Notes: generated by a model from the letters alone, not told the origin. 63,613 nt of DNA from Candidatus Thermofontivivens primus (GCA_031458695.1 JAVKJW010000013.1:1-63613), one strand, 5' to 3'. Shown: positions 50,158 to 60,700, counted from the stretch's first letter. A program made the numbers and translations.

Positions 50158-51325
50158 GCATACCCTCCTGAATGGGCACGCTGGCGACGACAGTGGTTCC
50201 GCGGCCTACACGGCTTGAGATCCGGAGACGGCCCCCAAGGGTTCCGGCCCGCTCCATCATGCCAAGAATCCCGTACCCTCCATGTTCCTTGACGGCGAGA
50301 GGATCGAACCCTTGCCCGTCGTCTGTGATGACAAGCGCCACCTCCCTTTTCGTTACCCGCAGCCGGATGTGAACCTCCCTAGCCCTCGCGTGCTTTCGGA
50401 CGTTGGTCAAGGCCTCCTGGGCGATGCGGTAGAGTTCCGCCTCCACCTGGCAGGTGAGAGGACAGGGTTCGTCGGCCCGGATGTGGACGCGGATCCCGGA
50501 CTCGGCAGTGAAAGCCCGCCCAAGCGCCGAGAGCGCCTGGGGAAGAGATTTTCCTCCCGGCAATCTATACCGCAGGTTCCGCACCGACTGCCGTGCCTCC
50601 GCGAGGCTCTTTCGAACGAGATCCAGCGCTTTCTCCAAATGCTCCCTGGCGCGCTCAGGATCCGTGGTGAGAGACTCACCTGCTGCCTCGATTCGAAGGC
50701 CAATCGCAGTCAATCCCTGGGCGAGAGTATCGTGGACCTCCCTTGCAAGGCGCGTGCGCTCTTCGACCCGCGCAAGGTGCATGGCCTTCTCTGCGAGCTG
50801 AGCCCTTTCGACGGCGATGCCAAGGCCATAAGCGATGGTAGAGAGCAACCGCAACTGCGTCCTTGTAAGCTTGCGCCACGAAGGCCCTGTCACGTTCATG
50901 ATCCCCAAAGGTTTTCCCTGGAAGAAAAGGGGGATGGTCGCGTGGTACCGGAGGCCATGGGTTGCCTCTTGAGCATGGTCGTAAATGGCGTTGCGCAAGC
51001 GACTGCACTCCATAATGTCGATGTTCTTGGGAGCCAGCTCCCCGTCCAGAAACTCCGAGATGCACCAACACGACCGGCCGGTCATTTTCACGGGCTCTTG
51101 GAGGTAAGGAGGGAGGTTGTGAACCGCTGCGCAGTAGAACTGGTTTGTCTCCTGGTCGAGGAGCCAAACCCAGCCGGTGTGAAGACCGAGGAACTCGGCG
51201 ATGAGCTTGAGGGTGCGCTCCAGGGCTTGGCGGATGTCTGTGGCGCTGTTCAACGCCTCCGCAGCTCCGTTGAGGATGGCTAGTTCTCTCAACCCTTGGG
51301 ATCGTTTTGCCTTCCCACCCTTCAT
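50135..51325 (-). CDS. Cytoplasmic GAF sensor histidine kinase (HisKA_3; YhcY/AirS-like)
   Basis: GAF domain with CWC...EC, EERTRLAREVHD, EALTNVRKHA, DDGQGF; no TM segment. Confidence 0.9.
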   Translation of the reverse strand: MKGGKAKRSQGLRELAILNGAAEALNSATDIRQALERTLKLIAEFLGLHTGWVWLLDQETNQFYCAAVHNLPPYLQEPVKMTGRSCWCISEFLDGELAPKNIDIMECSRLRNAIYDHAQEATHGLRYHATIPLFFQGKPLGIMNVTGPSWRKLTRTQLRLLSTIAYGLGIAVERAQLAEKAMHLARVEERTRLAREVHDTLAQGLTAIGLRIEAAGESLTTDPERAREHLEKALDLVRKSLAEARQSVRNLRYRLPGGKSLPQALSALGRAFTAESGIRVHIRADEPCPLTCQVEAELYRIAQEALTNVRKHARAREVHIRLRVTKREVALVITDDGQGFDPLAVKEHGGYGILGMMERAGTLGGRLRISSRVGRGTTVVASVPIQEGMHDPPTDR

Positions 51326-51383
51326 CTTCTCCAGTGTACCATGATTGGGAGAGTCCAGGACATCTCCATAAGGTCAGCCCCTC

Positions 51384-51401
51384 CCTGTCCATTTGGACAG
51401 G
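51384..51401. promoter_or_regulatory. 18-bp palindromic operator CCTGTCCATTTGGACAGG
   Basis: 8-bp perfect arms; ~60 nt upstream of the HK start; -10 TACACT at 51333-51338. Confidence 0.6.
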
Positions 51402-51478
51402 TCTTAGAGATCCAAAATCTCCCCTCTGCAGGATTTCCTCTGCCACACTGTAAACAACGTATCGAAGGGAGGGTTAAG

Positions 51479-52204
51479 GTGAGGGTGAAAGAAATCTTTC
51501 CTACGGATTTGAAACAATTAAGTCGCACGTTCAAGCACAAGGCCAAATGCATTGATCAAACCTTGGAGGCCCATTACGGAACGCCTCAACGCCGCCGGCC
51601 ACGGGACCCCATCTCCAGCCTCATCCGGACAATCCTTTCCCAGAACACCAGCGACGTGAACAGCGACATGGCGTTTGAGCGCCTGAAAGCATGGTTCCCC
51701 AGCTGGGAGGATGTGCGCGATGCTCCTCTCGCCAGGGTGATCGCCGCCATCAAACCCGCCGGGTTGGCGAACCAGAAAGCCCCGCGCATACAGAAGATCC
51801 TCCGCCAGATCACCGAGGAGCGAGGAGAACTCACCCTGGATTTTCTGGGGGACATGTCCGTTGAGGAAGCGCGCGCGTGGTTGCTCAAGCTGGATGGGGT
51901 GGGACCGAAAACAGCTGCGATCGTCCTGCTCTTTGCCCTCGGCAAACCGGCTTTTCCGGTGGATACGCACGTCTACCGCGTGGGGATCCGCCTCGGACTG
52001 ATCCCGAAAGGGCTGAGCGTAGAGAAGGCACACGCCTGGATGGAGAAATTGGTCTCACCCGATCGATACGGCCCCTTCCACCTCCTGTTGGTCCGCCACG
52101 GTCGCCAGATCTGCAAGGCCCAACGCCCCCTCTGTCACATCTGTCCCCTACAGCGCTGGTGCGATTGGTTCCGCCAGGGGCGCGCCCAACCTGCCCCCAC
52201 ATGA
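51479..52204 (+). CDS. nth: Endonuclease III-like HhH-GPD glycosylase with 4Fe-4S motif
   Basis: ILSQNTSD, LDGVGPKTA, VDTHV, CKAQRPLCHICPLQRWC. Confidence 0.88.
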   Translation: MRVKEIFPTDLKQLSRTFKHKAKCIDQTLEAHYGTPQRRRPRDPISSLIRTILSQNTSDVNSDMAFERLKAWFPSWEDVRDAPLARVIAAIKPAGLANQKAPRIQKILRQITEERGELTLDFLGDMSVEEARAWLLKLDGVGPKTAAIVLLFALGKPAFPVDTHVYRVGIRLGLIPKGLSVEKAHAWMEKLVSPDRYGPFHLLLVRHGRQICKAQRPLCHICPLQRWCDWFRQGRAQPAPT

Positions 52205-52213
52205 GTCAAGAGA

Positions 52214-52624
52214 TCATGGGAGAAGGCGGAATGCCCGCCGTCCGTCTCGGCGGTAAACCTGAAAGTCCCTTCGGTCCAGTGTGAAGATCGTGCCGAGCCC
52301 ATCCCGTTGAGCGACGCGGACAAGCGAAGCGTCCGCAAAGTCCATGGGTAGGTCTTGGTACTTCCGCATGAGAAGGCGTACAACTGGAACATCCTCGATG
52401 GTAAGTTCTGCTACTTGTAGCTCCCCCGTTTCGACCTTTCCAAGAAGCGCATCCTGCCCTTCTGGTACACCGGCGAGCAGATACAGGGCCTCGGTCATCA
52501 CCGGCCAGGTTGTGATCAGCTCTGCTCTCAGACGCTTGGCGACTTCAACACAGCGCTCGTGATCTTCGTCTCCCGCATCAAGAAGAGCTACCAGTGGGCC
52601 GGTGTCAACCAGAATCTGCCTCAC
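52214..52624 (-). CDS. vapC: VapC PIN-domain toxin
   Basis: VDTGPLVAL, TEA, MDFADAS, TLDRRDF. Confidence 0.9.
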   Translation of the reverse strand: MRQILVDTGPLVALLDAGDEDHERCVEVAKRLRAELITTWPVMTEALYLLAGVPEGQDALLGKVETGELQVAELTIEDVPVVRLLMRKYQDLPMDFADASLVRVAQRDGLGTIFTLDRRDFQVYRRDGRRAFRLLP

Positions 52625-52884
52625 CGCCGACCCCCTTTGGTCGCGAGCATCTTACGGAGGATCTCTTCAGCCCTTGCGGCTCGCCTTCCAGGGCCCAAGT
52701 TGACAATCCCAATCACATCGGAAAACCGTTCATATACGGTCGAGCGGGTGGCAGTGGAATCAAGGCTCTTCCCAAGTTCCCGGATTGCTTGACGGATGAG
52801 CTCCGATTTCGTCTTGCCCGTCTTCCTCGCTAACTGCGATAAGGTACGCTCCGCCTCCGGATCCAGGCGGACACTAATCAGCAT
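52621..52884 (-). CDS. CopG/ribbon-helix-helix antitoxin
   Basis: ISVRLD...TKSELIRQAI; 4-nt overlap with the toxin gene. Confidence 0.85.
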   Translation of the reverse strand: MLISVRLDPEAERTLSQLARKTGKTKSELIRQAIRELGKSLDSTATRSTVYERFSDVIGIVNLGPGRRAARAEEILRKMLATKGGRR

Positions 52885-52909
52885 CTCTTCCCCTCCTCGC
52901 CGCGTTGGA

Positions 52910-52931
52910 TGTCATACAAAATTGTAACACA
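52910..52931. promoter_or_regulatory. Probable TA autoregulatory operator
   Basis: Inverted repeat TACAA-AA-TTGTA with TGT/ACA flanks upstream of the antitoxin. Confidence 0.5.
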
Positions 52932-52984
52932 CCATAGAGCACATGACAAGCTCTGGAAGTGATTCAACTTCGTATGCTTGATGT

Positions 52985-53750
52985 TTACAACTCACCTCTT
53001 CTTTCATCAGCCTTCTCCTTCACTAGGACGAGCCGTCTTGTATCCAATCCCAGGGATTCCCCATAAGGTCGCCATAGTAGCCGAGAACCTTCAACCCTGC
53101 CTGCGAGAAAAGATTCAACAGTTCAGCGAGGGTGAAAAACCTCAGCGAAAGGGTATACTCCCTGCGCTGACCGTCCCGGGAGAGCTTAATCCGCTTTGCC
53201 TCAACGCGATCCCCCTCAGCATTGAATTTCCGATCCTCTAATAGGATGAAGTCCGAGCACTCCTGCCAGTCGTGGGGTTGGAAGTGACGGATGAGCCACT
53301 CGCGATTGATTGTATCCATGAGGAAACGTCCGCCGGCTTTAAGCTCTTGTGCACTCCCTGAAGGACTTTGAGATGATCCCGTTCATCGTCGAAGTAGCCG
53401 AAGCTGGTAAACATGTTGATCACTGCATCAAACTCGTCCTCAAAGGGGATCTCCCGCATATCGCCTTGAACAAGTTCAATGAAGAGCCCCTGTTCCTGGG
53501 CTTTCTTACGGGCCTGTTCCAGATAGACGGATGCGAGATCAAAGCCCACGACGCAGAAGCCCCTCTTTGCAAGGGGCAGCGCGAAGCGTCCCGGTCCGCA
53601 AGCCAAGTCTAAGATCTTAGCCCCTGGCTGAAGATTGAGAAGCTGGAGGAGGTGGCCACAAAGCTCCTCGGCCTGCTGCCAGGCTTGCTCTGGAAACATG
53701 ACCTCGCCCATCTCTTGATCAAAGAAGCTCTCCCACCACGCTTTCGCCAA
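52985..53750 (-). pseudogene. Class I SAM-dependent methyltransferase with two frameshifts
   Basis: ILDLACGPGR, GDMR, FTSFGYF; shift at ~53333 (LKP|GGRFLMD) and ~53048 (|LDTRRLVLV). Confidence 0.8.
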
Positions 53751-54800
53751 CGTCTCTTCTCCCCCTAACCCGCCTTTGCATGATCAGGAATTCCTCTTCT
53801 CTTCAACAGGAATCCCACTGGATACAGCAACGTAAGATTTTCGCGCCATCTATCGTGGAGGTCTATAAGGGGTTCAGCTTCCACCTCTCGATATAGATTC
53901 ATCGGCTTGAACTTGGGCATGCTCCAGCGCTACTTCCACAAGGCTTCGGCCAGCAATCGCATCCAGGATCGCTACATGCATGGCGTTGCGGACCTCCTCG
54001 ACGGCATACGTCATCAACTCCGGTCCTCCTAAGTCAAGCTGGGCCCGAGGCACCGCAGCCTGTGGAAACTTTTGGAGGTAACTGGGCAACGGCTCCGGGC
54101 CGCACTCTCGTTAGTCCCTCGGAGCTCCCGATGAAGACGCTCCAGTGTTGTCTTCGCTCCCTCATAGGTCGGCTTCTCATACGCTTGTTGCAGCTTCACC
54201 CTGTAGACCGCCTGCTGGCTTTTGGGCAAGTGGCTCACGACGTTCTCCCACTTACGCCACTGACACCGCTGGATCTGCGCGGCTTCTCCAAAGACTTCCT
54301 TGACTGCCTGGTGCAGCCCCTTGCTGCCGTCGATCACCACGAGGAGACCTTCCTCGTAGCGAAGCCCGCAGGAGACGAGCTCTTGTAGGAATGCAGCGCA
54401 CACCTGTTTGTTCTCTGTGGCCGTCTCCACAAACCCCAGGATCACCTTCTTGCCTGCCATGGTCACCCCCAGGGCGATCACCATCTCATCCTCGGCAAAG
54501 GTCTTGCCATCCAGCGCCAGGACGACAATATCGTATCCCTTCAGCCGCCGCCCCTGGAGCTCTTGCAGCTTCCGCGCACTGGCCCGGATGAATCTCCTAG
54601 AGACCGCGGAAGGCTGCAGGCCAAAAGCCTCCGGGATCTTCTCCGCACAAGCCTCATAGCCCCGGCAGCTCAGCCCTTTCAATACCCTCCTCCAGAGCCT
54701 CTCATCCATCTGCCGGGGTTGTTGCAGGTTAAGGTAGGTCAAAAGGGGCACTTCTGCATCCCGGCGCAGGTCCCACACCCTCTGATAGGTGATGGGGACC

Positions 54801-54827
54801 CTTCGGGCTTGAGCCCTCAGGGCGAAG
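54801..54827. mobile_element. 27-bp palindromic micro-insertion, CTTCG...CGAAG ends, CC duplication
   Basis: Removing it plus one CC restores the DQKVPIT reading frame of the transposase. Confidence 0.75.
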
Positions 54828-54922
54828 CCTTTTGGTCCAACAGGTACACGGACCCTCGTTCCTTGCTCCACCAGACGTACCCAGGAACCCCTCCATTCCG
54901 AGCGTATCGTGGACCTGCAAGC

Positions 54923-54950
54923 CTTCGGGCTGAGGCCCTCAAGGCCGAAG
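54923..54950. mobile_element. 28-bp palindromic micro-insertion, CTTCG...CGAAG ends, GC duplication
   Basis: Near-identical to 54801-54827; removal gives contiguous LQLAGPRY. Confidence 0.72.
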
Positions 54951-55326
54951 GCTGCAAGGGAGAGGCAGAGCTGGGGACCCTACCCTCTCCCATCAAGGGA
55001 GAGGGACGTTCTGTGGAGAACTCCTTCTTTTAGCAAAACTTACAGCGACTTGTTTAGAAATTTTTCAACTAGTTTACTGACCATTCATCTTGGTCGAACC
55101 TACAGGAATCCCAAGACCTCAAGCCAGGAAGACGGACAATGATTCTGCTCCGGCAGGGGTCTACGCAAGTTTAGGAAAGACCCCCCCACCCTTTTCCCTC
55201 GCCCACCAGGGGAGCGGGAATAAGAGGGGGAGTCTCTCCCAGCAGGTGGGAGGAAATGATAGTCCTGTGCCTTGCCGGGCCGTTCGCGCTATGATAGGAT
55301 AGGAGGCGCGAAAGAGGTTAACACAG

Positions 55327-55971
55327 ATGCTTGAAGCTCGAGTAGACAAGCTTGAACTCGCTATTCAGCGTCTTGCCGAAGCTCAGGCAAGGACAGAACA
55401 GCACCTGGCGGATCTCGCGGCCAGGGTGGACCAGCTCACCGTCCGGATGGACCAGGTCGCGGCCAGGGTGGACCAGCTCACCGAAGCCCAGATCAGAACC
55501 GAACAACGGCTCAACCGGTTGATCGGCGTAGTCGGAGAGATACTGGGAGAGCTTCTGGAGACCCGCTACCGGGAGAAGGCTGCGGCTTATTTCCAGCAGA
55601 TCCTCCGGGGGATCCGAGCCGTGCCTAGAGAGGAACTTGAGCAGCTAGCCAACGAAGCTGAAATCCGCGAAGCCCTCTCCAAGGACGACCACGTTGATCT
55701 GCTTCTTGTTGACCTTGTGGTGCGCGGGCAGCTCCGTGACCGAGGGGTGGATGGGTACCTCGTGGTGGAGGTCTCGTCGGTTATTGACTCCCGGGATGTC
55801 GAGCGCGCATCGCGCCGTGCGAGGCTCCTTGAGCGCATCGTTGCATCTCCGGTTGTTCCAGCAGTTGTAGGAGGGAATTTCACGGAAGAGGCGGAGCGAG
55901 ATATCACAAGTCTTGGGGTGTGGCGCGTGCTGGACGGGCAGGCGATCCCTCTTGGGAGCCCCTCGATTTGA
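55327..55971 (+). CDS. Coiled-coil heptad-repeat protein with C-terminal PD-(D/E)XK-like domain
   Basis: ARVDQLT repeats; DLVVRG...VVEVS...DVERA. Confidence 0.65.
   Translation: MLEARVDKLELAIQRLAEAQARTEQHLADLAARVDQLTVRMDQVAARVDQLTEAQIRTEQRLNRLIGVVGEILGELLETRYREKAAAYFQQILRGIRAVPREELEQLANEAEIREALSKDDHVDLLLVDLVVRGQLRDRGVDGYLVVEVSSVIDSRDVERASRRARLLERIVASPVVPAVVGGNFTEEAERDITSLGVWRVLDGQAIPLGSPSI
55415..55483 (+). repeat. Intragenic 27-nt exact direct repeat, 42-nt period
   Basis: TCGCGGCCAGGGTGGACCAGCTCACCG at 55415 and 55457. Confidence 0.85.
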
Positions 55972-56057
55972 GTACTTGAAATCGAAACTACGCAGCATCC
56001 TTAGGTCAACCTGGGAACCCTGGATCGATCATGGCGAAAGATTCAACCAGTGGTCGG

Positions 56058-57098
56058 ATGAAAGCGGTGATCAAGGCGAGCCCCGGCCCAGGGCTTGAGC
56101 TCGCCACAGTGGATGTCCCTATTCTCGGCCCCGGGGAAATCCTCATCCGCGTAGCAGCAGCCTCGATCTGCGGGACAGACCTCCACATCTACAGGTGGGA
56201 CCCCTGGTCAGCGGAGCATATCCGCCCTCCCCTCATCATCGGCCACGAAGTTTGCGGGGAGGTGGTCGAGGTTGGGCGGGATGTCACCACGGTCAAAGAG
56301 GGCGACTTCGTCTCGGTGGAGAGCCACATCATCTGCGGGAAGTGTGTCTACTGCCGCACCGGGAGGGGTCATATCTGTCCCAATACGAAGATCATCGGCA
56401 TTGACCGCAACGGTGCTTTCGCAGAGTACCTCGCCATCCCCGCCGAGAACGCCTGGATCAACCCCCCGGATATGCCCGTGGAGGTGGCCGTTCTCCAAGA
56501 GAACTTTGGGAATGCCGTCCACACGGCGTTTGCGGTGGACCTACGGGCGAAGAAAGTCCTGATCACGGGTTGTGGCCCCGTGGGGCTCATGACCATCCTC
56601 GTAGCCAAGGCCATCGGGGCGCGGGCAGTCTACGCCACAGATGTCGTCCCCTATCGTCTTCACCTAGCTCTCAAGATGGGGGCCGACCTCGTCGTCAACG
56701 CTGACTCTCAGGATGTTGTGGAGGTGATTCGGGAGGCCACCGAGGGTGAAGGCGTGGACGTCCTCCTGGAAATGTCTGGAGCACCTAAGGCAATCGTCCA
56801 AGGATTCACGCTGCTTAAGGCGGGCGGGGAAGCAGCCCTTTTGGGGCTGAGCAGCGGACCGATCCCTTTTGATATGAACGAGTTCGTGATCTTCAAGGGG
56901 ATCCACATCTACGGGATCATCGGTAGGAGGATCTGGGAGACATGGTACCAGATGCGCGGGCTGATCCGCAGCGGGCTCGACCCAAGCCAGGTGATCACCC
57001 ACAGGTTTCCCCTTGAGGAGTTTGAGAAGGCATTTGAGACCATGGCCTCGGGGCAGAGCGGGAAGATTGTGCTCTACCCAAGGGGAAGGACAGAATAA
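56058..57098 (+). CDS. tdh: L-threonine 3-dehydrogenase
   Basis: [35 protein letters not shown]; next to kbl. Confidence 0.93.
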   Translation: MKAVIKASPGPGLELATVDVPILGPGEILIRVAAASICGTDLHIYRWDPWSAEHIRPPLIIGHEVCGEVVEVGRDVTTVKEGDFVSVESHIICGKCVYCRTGRGHICPNTKIIGIDRNGAFAEYLAIPAENAWINPPDMPVEVAVLQENFGNAVHTAFAVDLRAKKVLITGCGPVGLMTILVAKAIGARAVYATDVVPYRLHLALKMGADLVVNADSQDVVEVIREATEGEGVDVLLEMSGAPKAIVQGFTLLKAGGEAALLGLSSGPIPFDMNEFVIFKGIHIYGIIGRRIWETWYQMRGLIRSGLDPSQVITHRFPLEEFEKAFETMASGQSGKIVLYPRGRTE

Positions 57099-57150
57099 CA
57101 GAGCTAGAAGACTGAGGAGAAGGGGAGATGGGCGAAAGGATGTGAAGGAC

Positions 57151-58353
57151 ATGGGAGGCGAGACACGCATTAAAACAGAAGAGAAGCTCCGCTTCCTCGA
57201 AGAGGAGATGGCCGCGCTCAGGGAGGCAAACCTCTATGTACACATCCGCACGATCTCCTCACCCCAAGGGGCGTGGATCGAGGTGGATGGGAAGAGGGTC
57301 CTCAACTTCTGCTCCAACAACTACTTGGGCTTAGCCAATCACCCAAGGATGCGGCAAGCGGCCAAAGAGGCGGTGGACCGCTATGGGGTGGGGCCGGCGG
57401 CAGTCCGGACCATCGCCGGGACCCTCGACCTTCACCTAGAGCTGGAGCGGCGAATTGCTGCCTTCAAAGGGGTGGAGGCCGCCATTACCTTCCAGTCTGG
57501 ATTCAACGCCAACCTGGCCACGATCCCAGCCCTAGTGGGGGAGGGAGATGTGATCTTCTCCGATGAGCTCAACCACGCCAGTATCATCGACGGCTCCAGG
57601 CTCTCCCGGGCCAAGATCGTCCGCTACCCCCACAACGATCCAAAAGCCCTGGAAGAGCTGATCCAGAAAGAACAGCCCTTCCGACGTGGGTTGATTGTCA
57701 CCGACGGGGTCTTCTCCATGGATGGGGATATCGCTCCTCTCCCGGAGCTCGTTGAGATCGCCGAGAGATGGGGGCTCCTCCTCATGGTGGATGATGCCCA
57801 TGGCGAGGGAGTTCTCGGCCGTGGAGGACGAGGGATTGTGGACCACTTCGGGCTCCACGGGAGGGTCGATATCGAAGTAGGAACCATGAGCAAGGCCTTC
57901 GGGGTGGTTGGTGGCTACGTTGCAGGCCGTAGACAGATTGTGGAGTGGCTACGCCAGAGGGGCCGTCCCTTCCTGTTCAGCAGTGCGACGACCGCTGCAG
58001 ACACCGCCGCCTGCATCGCGGCCATAGACCTCTTGGAGGAATCCACAGAGCTAGTGGATCGCCTGTGGGAGAATACGCGCTTCTTCAAAGAGGAGATGCG
58101 CAGGCTGGGGTTCGACCTGGGGCGGAGCGAAACCCCCATTACTCCCGTGATGCTCTACGAAGCCCCCATAGCCCAGGAGTTCTCCCGCCGCCTGTTCGAG
58201 GAAGGGGTCTTCGCCATGGCCATTGGCTACCCGACGGTGCCAAAGGGCAAAGCGCGGATCCGGGTCATGCTCTCTGCGACCCACACCCGGGAAGACCTCG
58301 AGTTCGGCCTCAGGGCGTTCGAGAGGGTCGGGAAAACACTGAAGGTTATCTAG
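57151..58353 (+). CDS. kbl: Glycine C-acetyltransferase (2-amino-3-ketobutyrate CoA ligase)
   Basis: [39 protein letters not shown]. Confidence 0.92.
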   Translation: MGGETRIKTEEKLRFLEEEMAALREANLYVHIRTISSPQGAWIEVDGKRVLNFCSNNYLGLANHPRMRQAAKEAVDRYGVGPAAVRTIAGTLDLHLELERRIAAFKGVEAAITFQSGFNANLATIPALVGEGDVIFSDELNHASIIDGSRLSRAKIVRYPHNDPKALEELIQKEQPFRRGLIVTDGVFSMDGDIAPLPELVEIAERWGLLLMVDDAHGEGVLGRGGRGIVDHFGLHGRVDIEVGTMSKAFGVVGGYVAGRRQIVEWLRQRGRPFLFSSATTAADTAACIAAIDLLEESTELVDRLWENTRFFKEEMRRLGFDLGRSETPITPVMLYEAPIAQEFSRRLFEEGVFAMAIGYPTVPKGKARIRVMLSATHTREDLEFGLRAFERVGKTLKVI

Positions 58354-60031
58354 AGAGATACGCCTGGTAGTCGGCCAGAGTCAAACGCAGTTCTGCCGGT
58401 TCCTCCTCGACGACCCTGGCAATGAGCTCAATTGTCTTTTGCACAGCTTCCTTCTTATTATTGACCGCGGGGGCCTCCATGAGGATCGTGTTCAGATCGT
58501 AGCAACGGCAGGCCTTGTGGAGCATGCGGAACAGCTCAAATTCCTCCACAAGGGTTTCTGGGGCATCCTGGTGCTCGCGATAGATCTCGTAGAGTCGATC
58601 GAACCAGCCCTCCCTGTAACGGAGCTTTACCTCTTCTTCCAGGCGGCGCACGAAGGCCTGTTCTTCGGCATCATCCACAGCACGGTAGGCGTTGTAGGCG
58701 ATCTCCCGCTTCTTCTCTGGGGTCTCCCCAATCAGCAGGCGTCCCATGAATTTCTCTAGGGATAGCGATTCCAGAACCACAGGATCCTCAAATGCCCGCT
58801 TGATCAGGAAGACCGTGGAAAGCCGCGTAGGCTCCATGGGATTGGTGAAGACCCGCTCGCGTGGAAGGACCTGCGTAATGTCCAGCATAGCCCGCGCATT
58901 GTCAAAGGCGATGAGCCGGGCAAGGAGGACCCTTGCCTCTTCAGCCGACATGGCCCTGAACATCGCACCGATCTCCCCTTCGGCCGCCCGAAGAGCATCC
59001 ACAAGCTCGTCGAGCATCCCGGAGTGCTGCTCCAGGAAATGGAGAGTGACATCTGGAACGTTCTCCATCTTTGCACGGAGTATCCCGCTCACAGAGAGGG
59101 GGAAGCTCTCCACCAGGTTTGTGCGCAGGTAGAAGATCTTCTCGGAGGTATAGGCGTAGGCCTCCACAGGCTGGTCGAGATCCAGGTCTACCACCGAAAG
59201 GGAGATGGAAGCGTTCCCGAGGTCAAGGCCCACGACAGACGCCTGGGGATAGGTTCTGGCATTCTCCTCCAACCAGCGGAAGACACGGTAGCCACTGATG
59301 ATCTCCCCTGAGGGGAGACCGATCAAGGTCGGTGCGATTCGACGGCCGTCCCGGGTCCTAAAGGTATAGCGCACATAGACCCAGTCGTCGGAGTGGAAAC
59401 GAGCGTCGGGGAATGAGGCGAGGCCGTACACGCTCGTGGACTTCCCCGTGCCGGTGGGGGCGATATAGAGGACTCCTTTCCCCGCCTTCTCCACGCAGGC
59501 ACCATGGATGCTGTGGATGCCGTACTCCTCGGCCAGAACCCTCCCCACGGCGCCGAGGACCCAGCTCTTGAGCTGGCCGTAGTAGGAGGTGTTGAAGAAC
59601 ACGATGGTGTTGGTGTTTCGGCTGTAGTAGGCGGCCTCCTCTTGGTCCACCCCGCACAGGGCATAGACCGTGACCTGGGGCTCCCGCGGTGGGGTATGCC
59701 CAGTGACCTCCCGCCACTCCTCTGGGCTATACCAGTTGTCCATCCAGAAGTCGATAAGGTGTGGCGAGTTGGTGAAGCAGCGGACGCGAATCCCGTGGAT
59801 CACTACATCGCCCAGAAAGAGAGATTCACGCTCCCCAGCAGCCGCCATATGGGCGACCGCGGCCTTCACAAGCTCATCCCTCCGCCCTTCCTGGCGATCG
59901 ATCGATTTGTCGAAGATCACAGTCCTGCTCTTCGTCCTGGTGATCACATTTCCTTTCCCAATGGGAGTCCCAGGCCATTCCACTGCATCGCGCGAGGGGG
60001 CCTGGGGAAAGGTGAACAGCTCCATGGACAT
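58346..60031 (-). CDS. Uncharacterised HPr kinase/PEP carboxykinase-like P-loop protein
   Basis: HGACVE...[14 protein letters not shown]...HSDDWV; no other recognisable domain. Confidence 0.65.
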   Translation of the reverse strand: MSMELFTFPQAPSRDAVEWPGTPIGKGNVITRTKSRTVIFDKSIDRQEGRRDELVKAAVAHMAAAGERESLFLGDVVIHGIRVRCFTNSPHLIDFWMDNWYSPEEWREVTGHTPPREPQVTVYALCGVDQEEAAYYSRNTNTIVFFNTSYYGQLKSWVLGAVGRVLAEEYGIHSIHGACVEKAGKGVLYIAPTGTGKSTSVYGLASFPDARFHSDDWVYVRYTFRTRDGRRIAPTLIGLPSGEIISGYRVFRWLEENARTYPQASVVGLDLGNASISLSVVDLDLDQPVEAYAYTSEKIFYLRTNLVESFPLSVSGILRAKMENVPDVTLHFLEQHSGMLDELVDALRAAEGEIGAMFRAMSAEEARVLLARLIAFDNARAMLDITQVLPRERVFTNPMEPTRLSTVFLIKRAFEDPVVLESLSLEKFMGRLLIGETPEKKREIAYNAYRAVDDAEEQAFVRRLEEEVKLRYREGWFDRLYEIYREHQDAPETLVEEFELFRMLHKACRCYDLNTILMEAPAVNNKKEAVQKTIELIARVVEEEPAELRLTLADYQAYLSR

Positions 60032-60102
60032 CCACCCCCTCCTGTGCACCGGTTTACATGTATGGTTGAATCGTTTCGACGAAAGTGGGGAACCCCCTCT
60101 TC

Positions 60103-60130
60103 GTTACAAAAATGTGACACTGGTGTGACA
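60103..60130. promoter_or_regulatory. Three 11-bp-periodic hexamers (minus strand TGTCAC-N5-TGTCAC-N5-TGTAAC), OmpR/PhoB-type box
   Basis: GTTACA at 60103, GTGACA at 60114, GTGACA at 60125 in a divergent intergenic region. Confidence 0.6.
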
Positions 60131-60202
60131 ACACGACAAAGGGGATGGGGGATCCTTAAAAAGGCACTCTGGTAGTGCCCACACACAAGAGGAGGGATCC
60201 AT

Positions 60203-60691
60203 ATGTTCAAGCGCTTGTTCTTCGGTCTTGCAGGGCTTTGTGCCCTGGTCCTTGCCATCACCACGGTGGCCTTTGCCCCCTATCATACCCCATCACCGCC
60301 ATCCCAGGAACCTTCTTCCTCCGGGGCCACAAAAGTTCTCAACCAACTCAGGACGGCGAGGACCCACGCCAACAACGCCGCCAACTCCCAGACCATGGGG
60401 GACGTAAAGTGGCACCTTGGTCATGCTGTCAATTGCATGGAAGGGCCCAACGGGAAAAATTACGATAAAAACAATCTGAACCCTTGCCAGGGCCAAGGGA
60501 ATGGGATCCTCCCTGACCTGACTGCGGAGAAGAACAAGGGGACAAGGGGAGCCGCTCAGGCCCTCTCTCTTGTCGAAGAAGCAGACAAAGTTGCGGTGGA
60601 GGCCCTCAAGCTGACAGAGCTAAGCAAAGTCCAGGCTGGTGCCAAGAAGACCACCGAGCTTTTGGACCAAGCGATGAAGGCCCTGCAATAA
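60203..60691 (+). CDS. Secreted helical protein with His/Cys motif
   Basis: Signal peptide; HA...HLGHAVNC...NPC..QGNG; SD GAGGAGG. Confidence 0.75.
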   Translation: MFKRLFFGLAGLCALVLAITTVAFAPYHTPSPPSQEPSSSGATKVLNQLRTARTHANNAANSQTMGDVKWHLGHAVNCMEGPNGKNYDKNNLNPCQGQGNGILPDLTAEKNKGTRGAAQALSLVEEADKVAVEALKLTELSKVQAGAKKTTELLDQAMKALQ

Positions 60692-60700
60692 GGGGAGGCG

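Larger units (their letters stand above)
54090..55086 (-). mobile_element. IS256-family remnant (transposase interrupted and 3' truncated; left boundary tentative)
   Basis: LAGPRYARNG, GSVYLLDQK|VPI, LDGKTF, DGSKGL, QRCQW; homology stops after NESAARS. Confidence 0.8.

Noticed and set aside
53325..53345. Programmed frameshift in the methyltransferase
   Set aside because: No slippery heptamer, and a second shift near 53048 points to decay or sequencing error
55415..55483. Repeat-spacer-repeat resembling a mini CRISPR
   Set aside because: Only two units, in frame within a coiled-coil gene, 15-nt spacer, no cas genes
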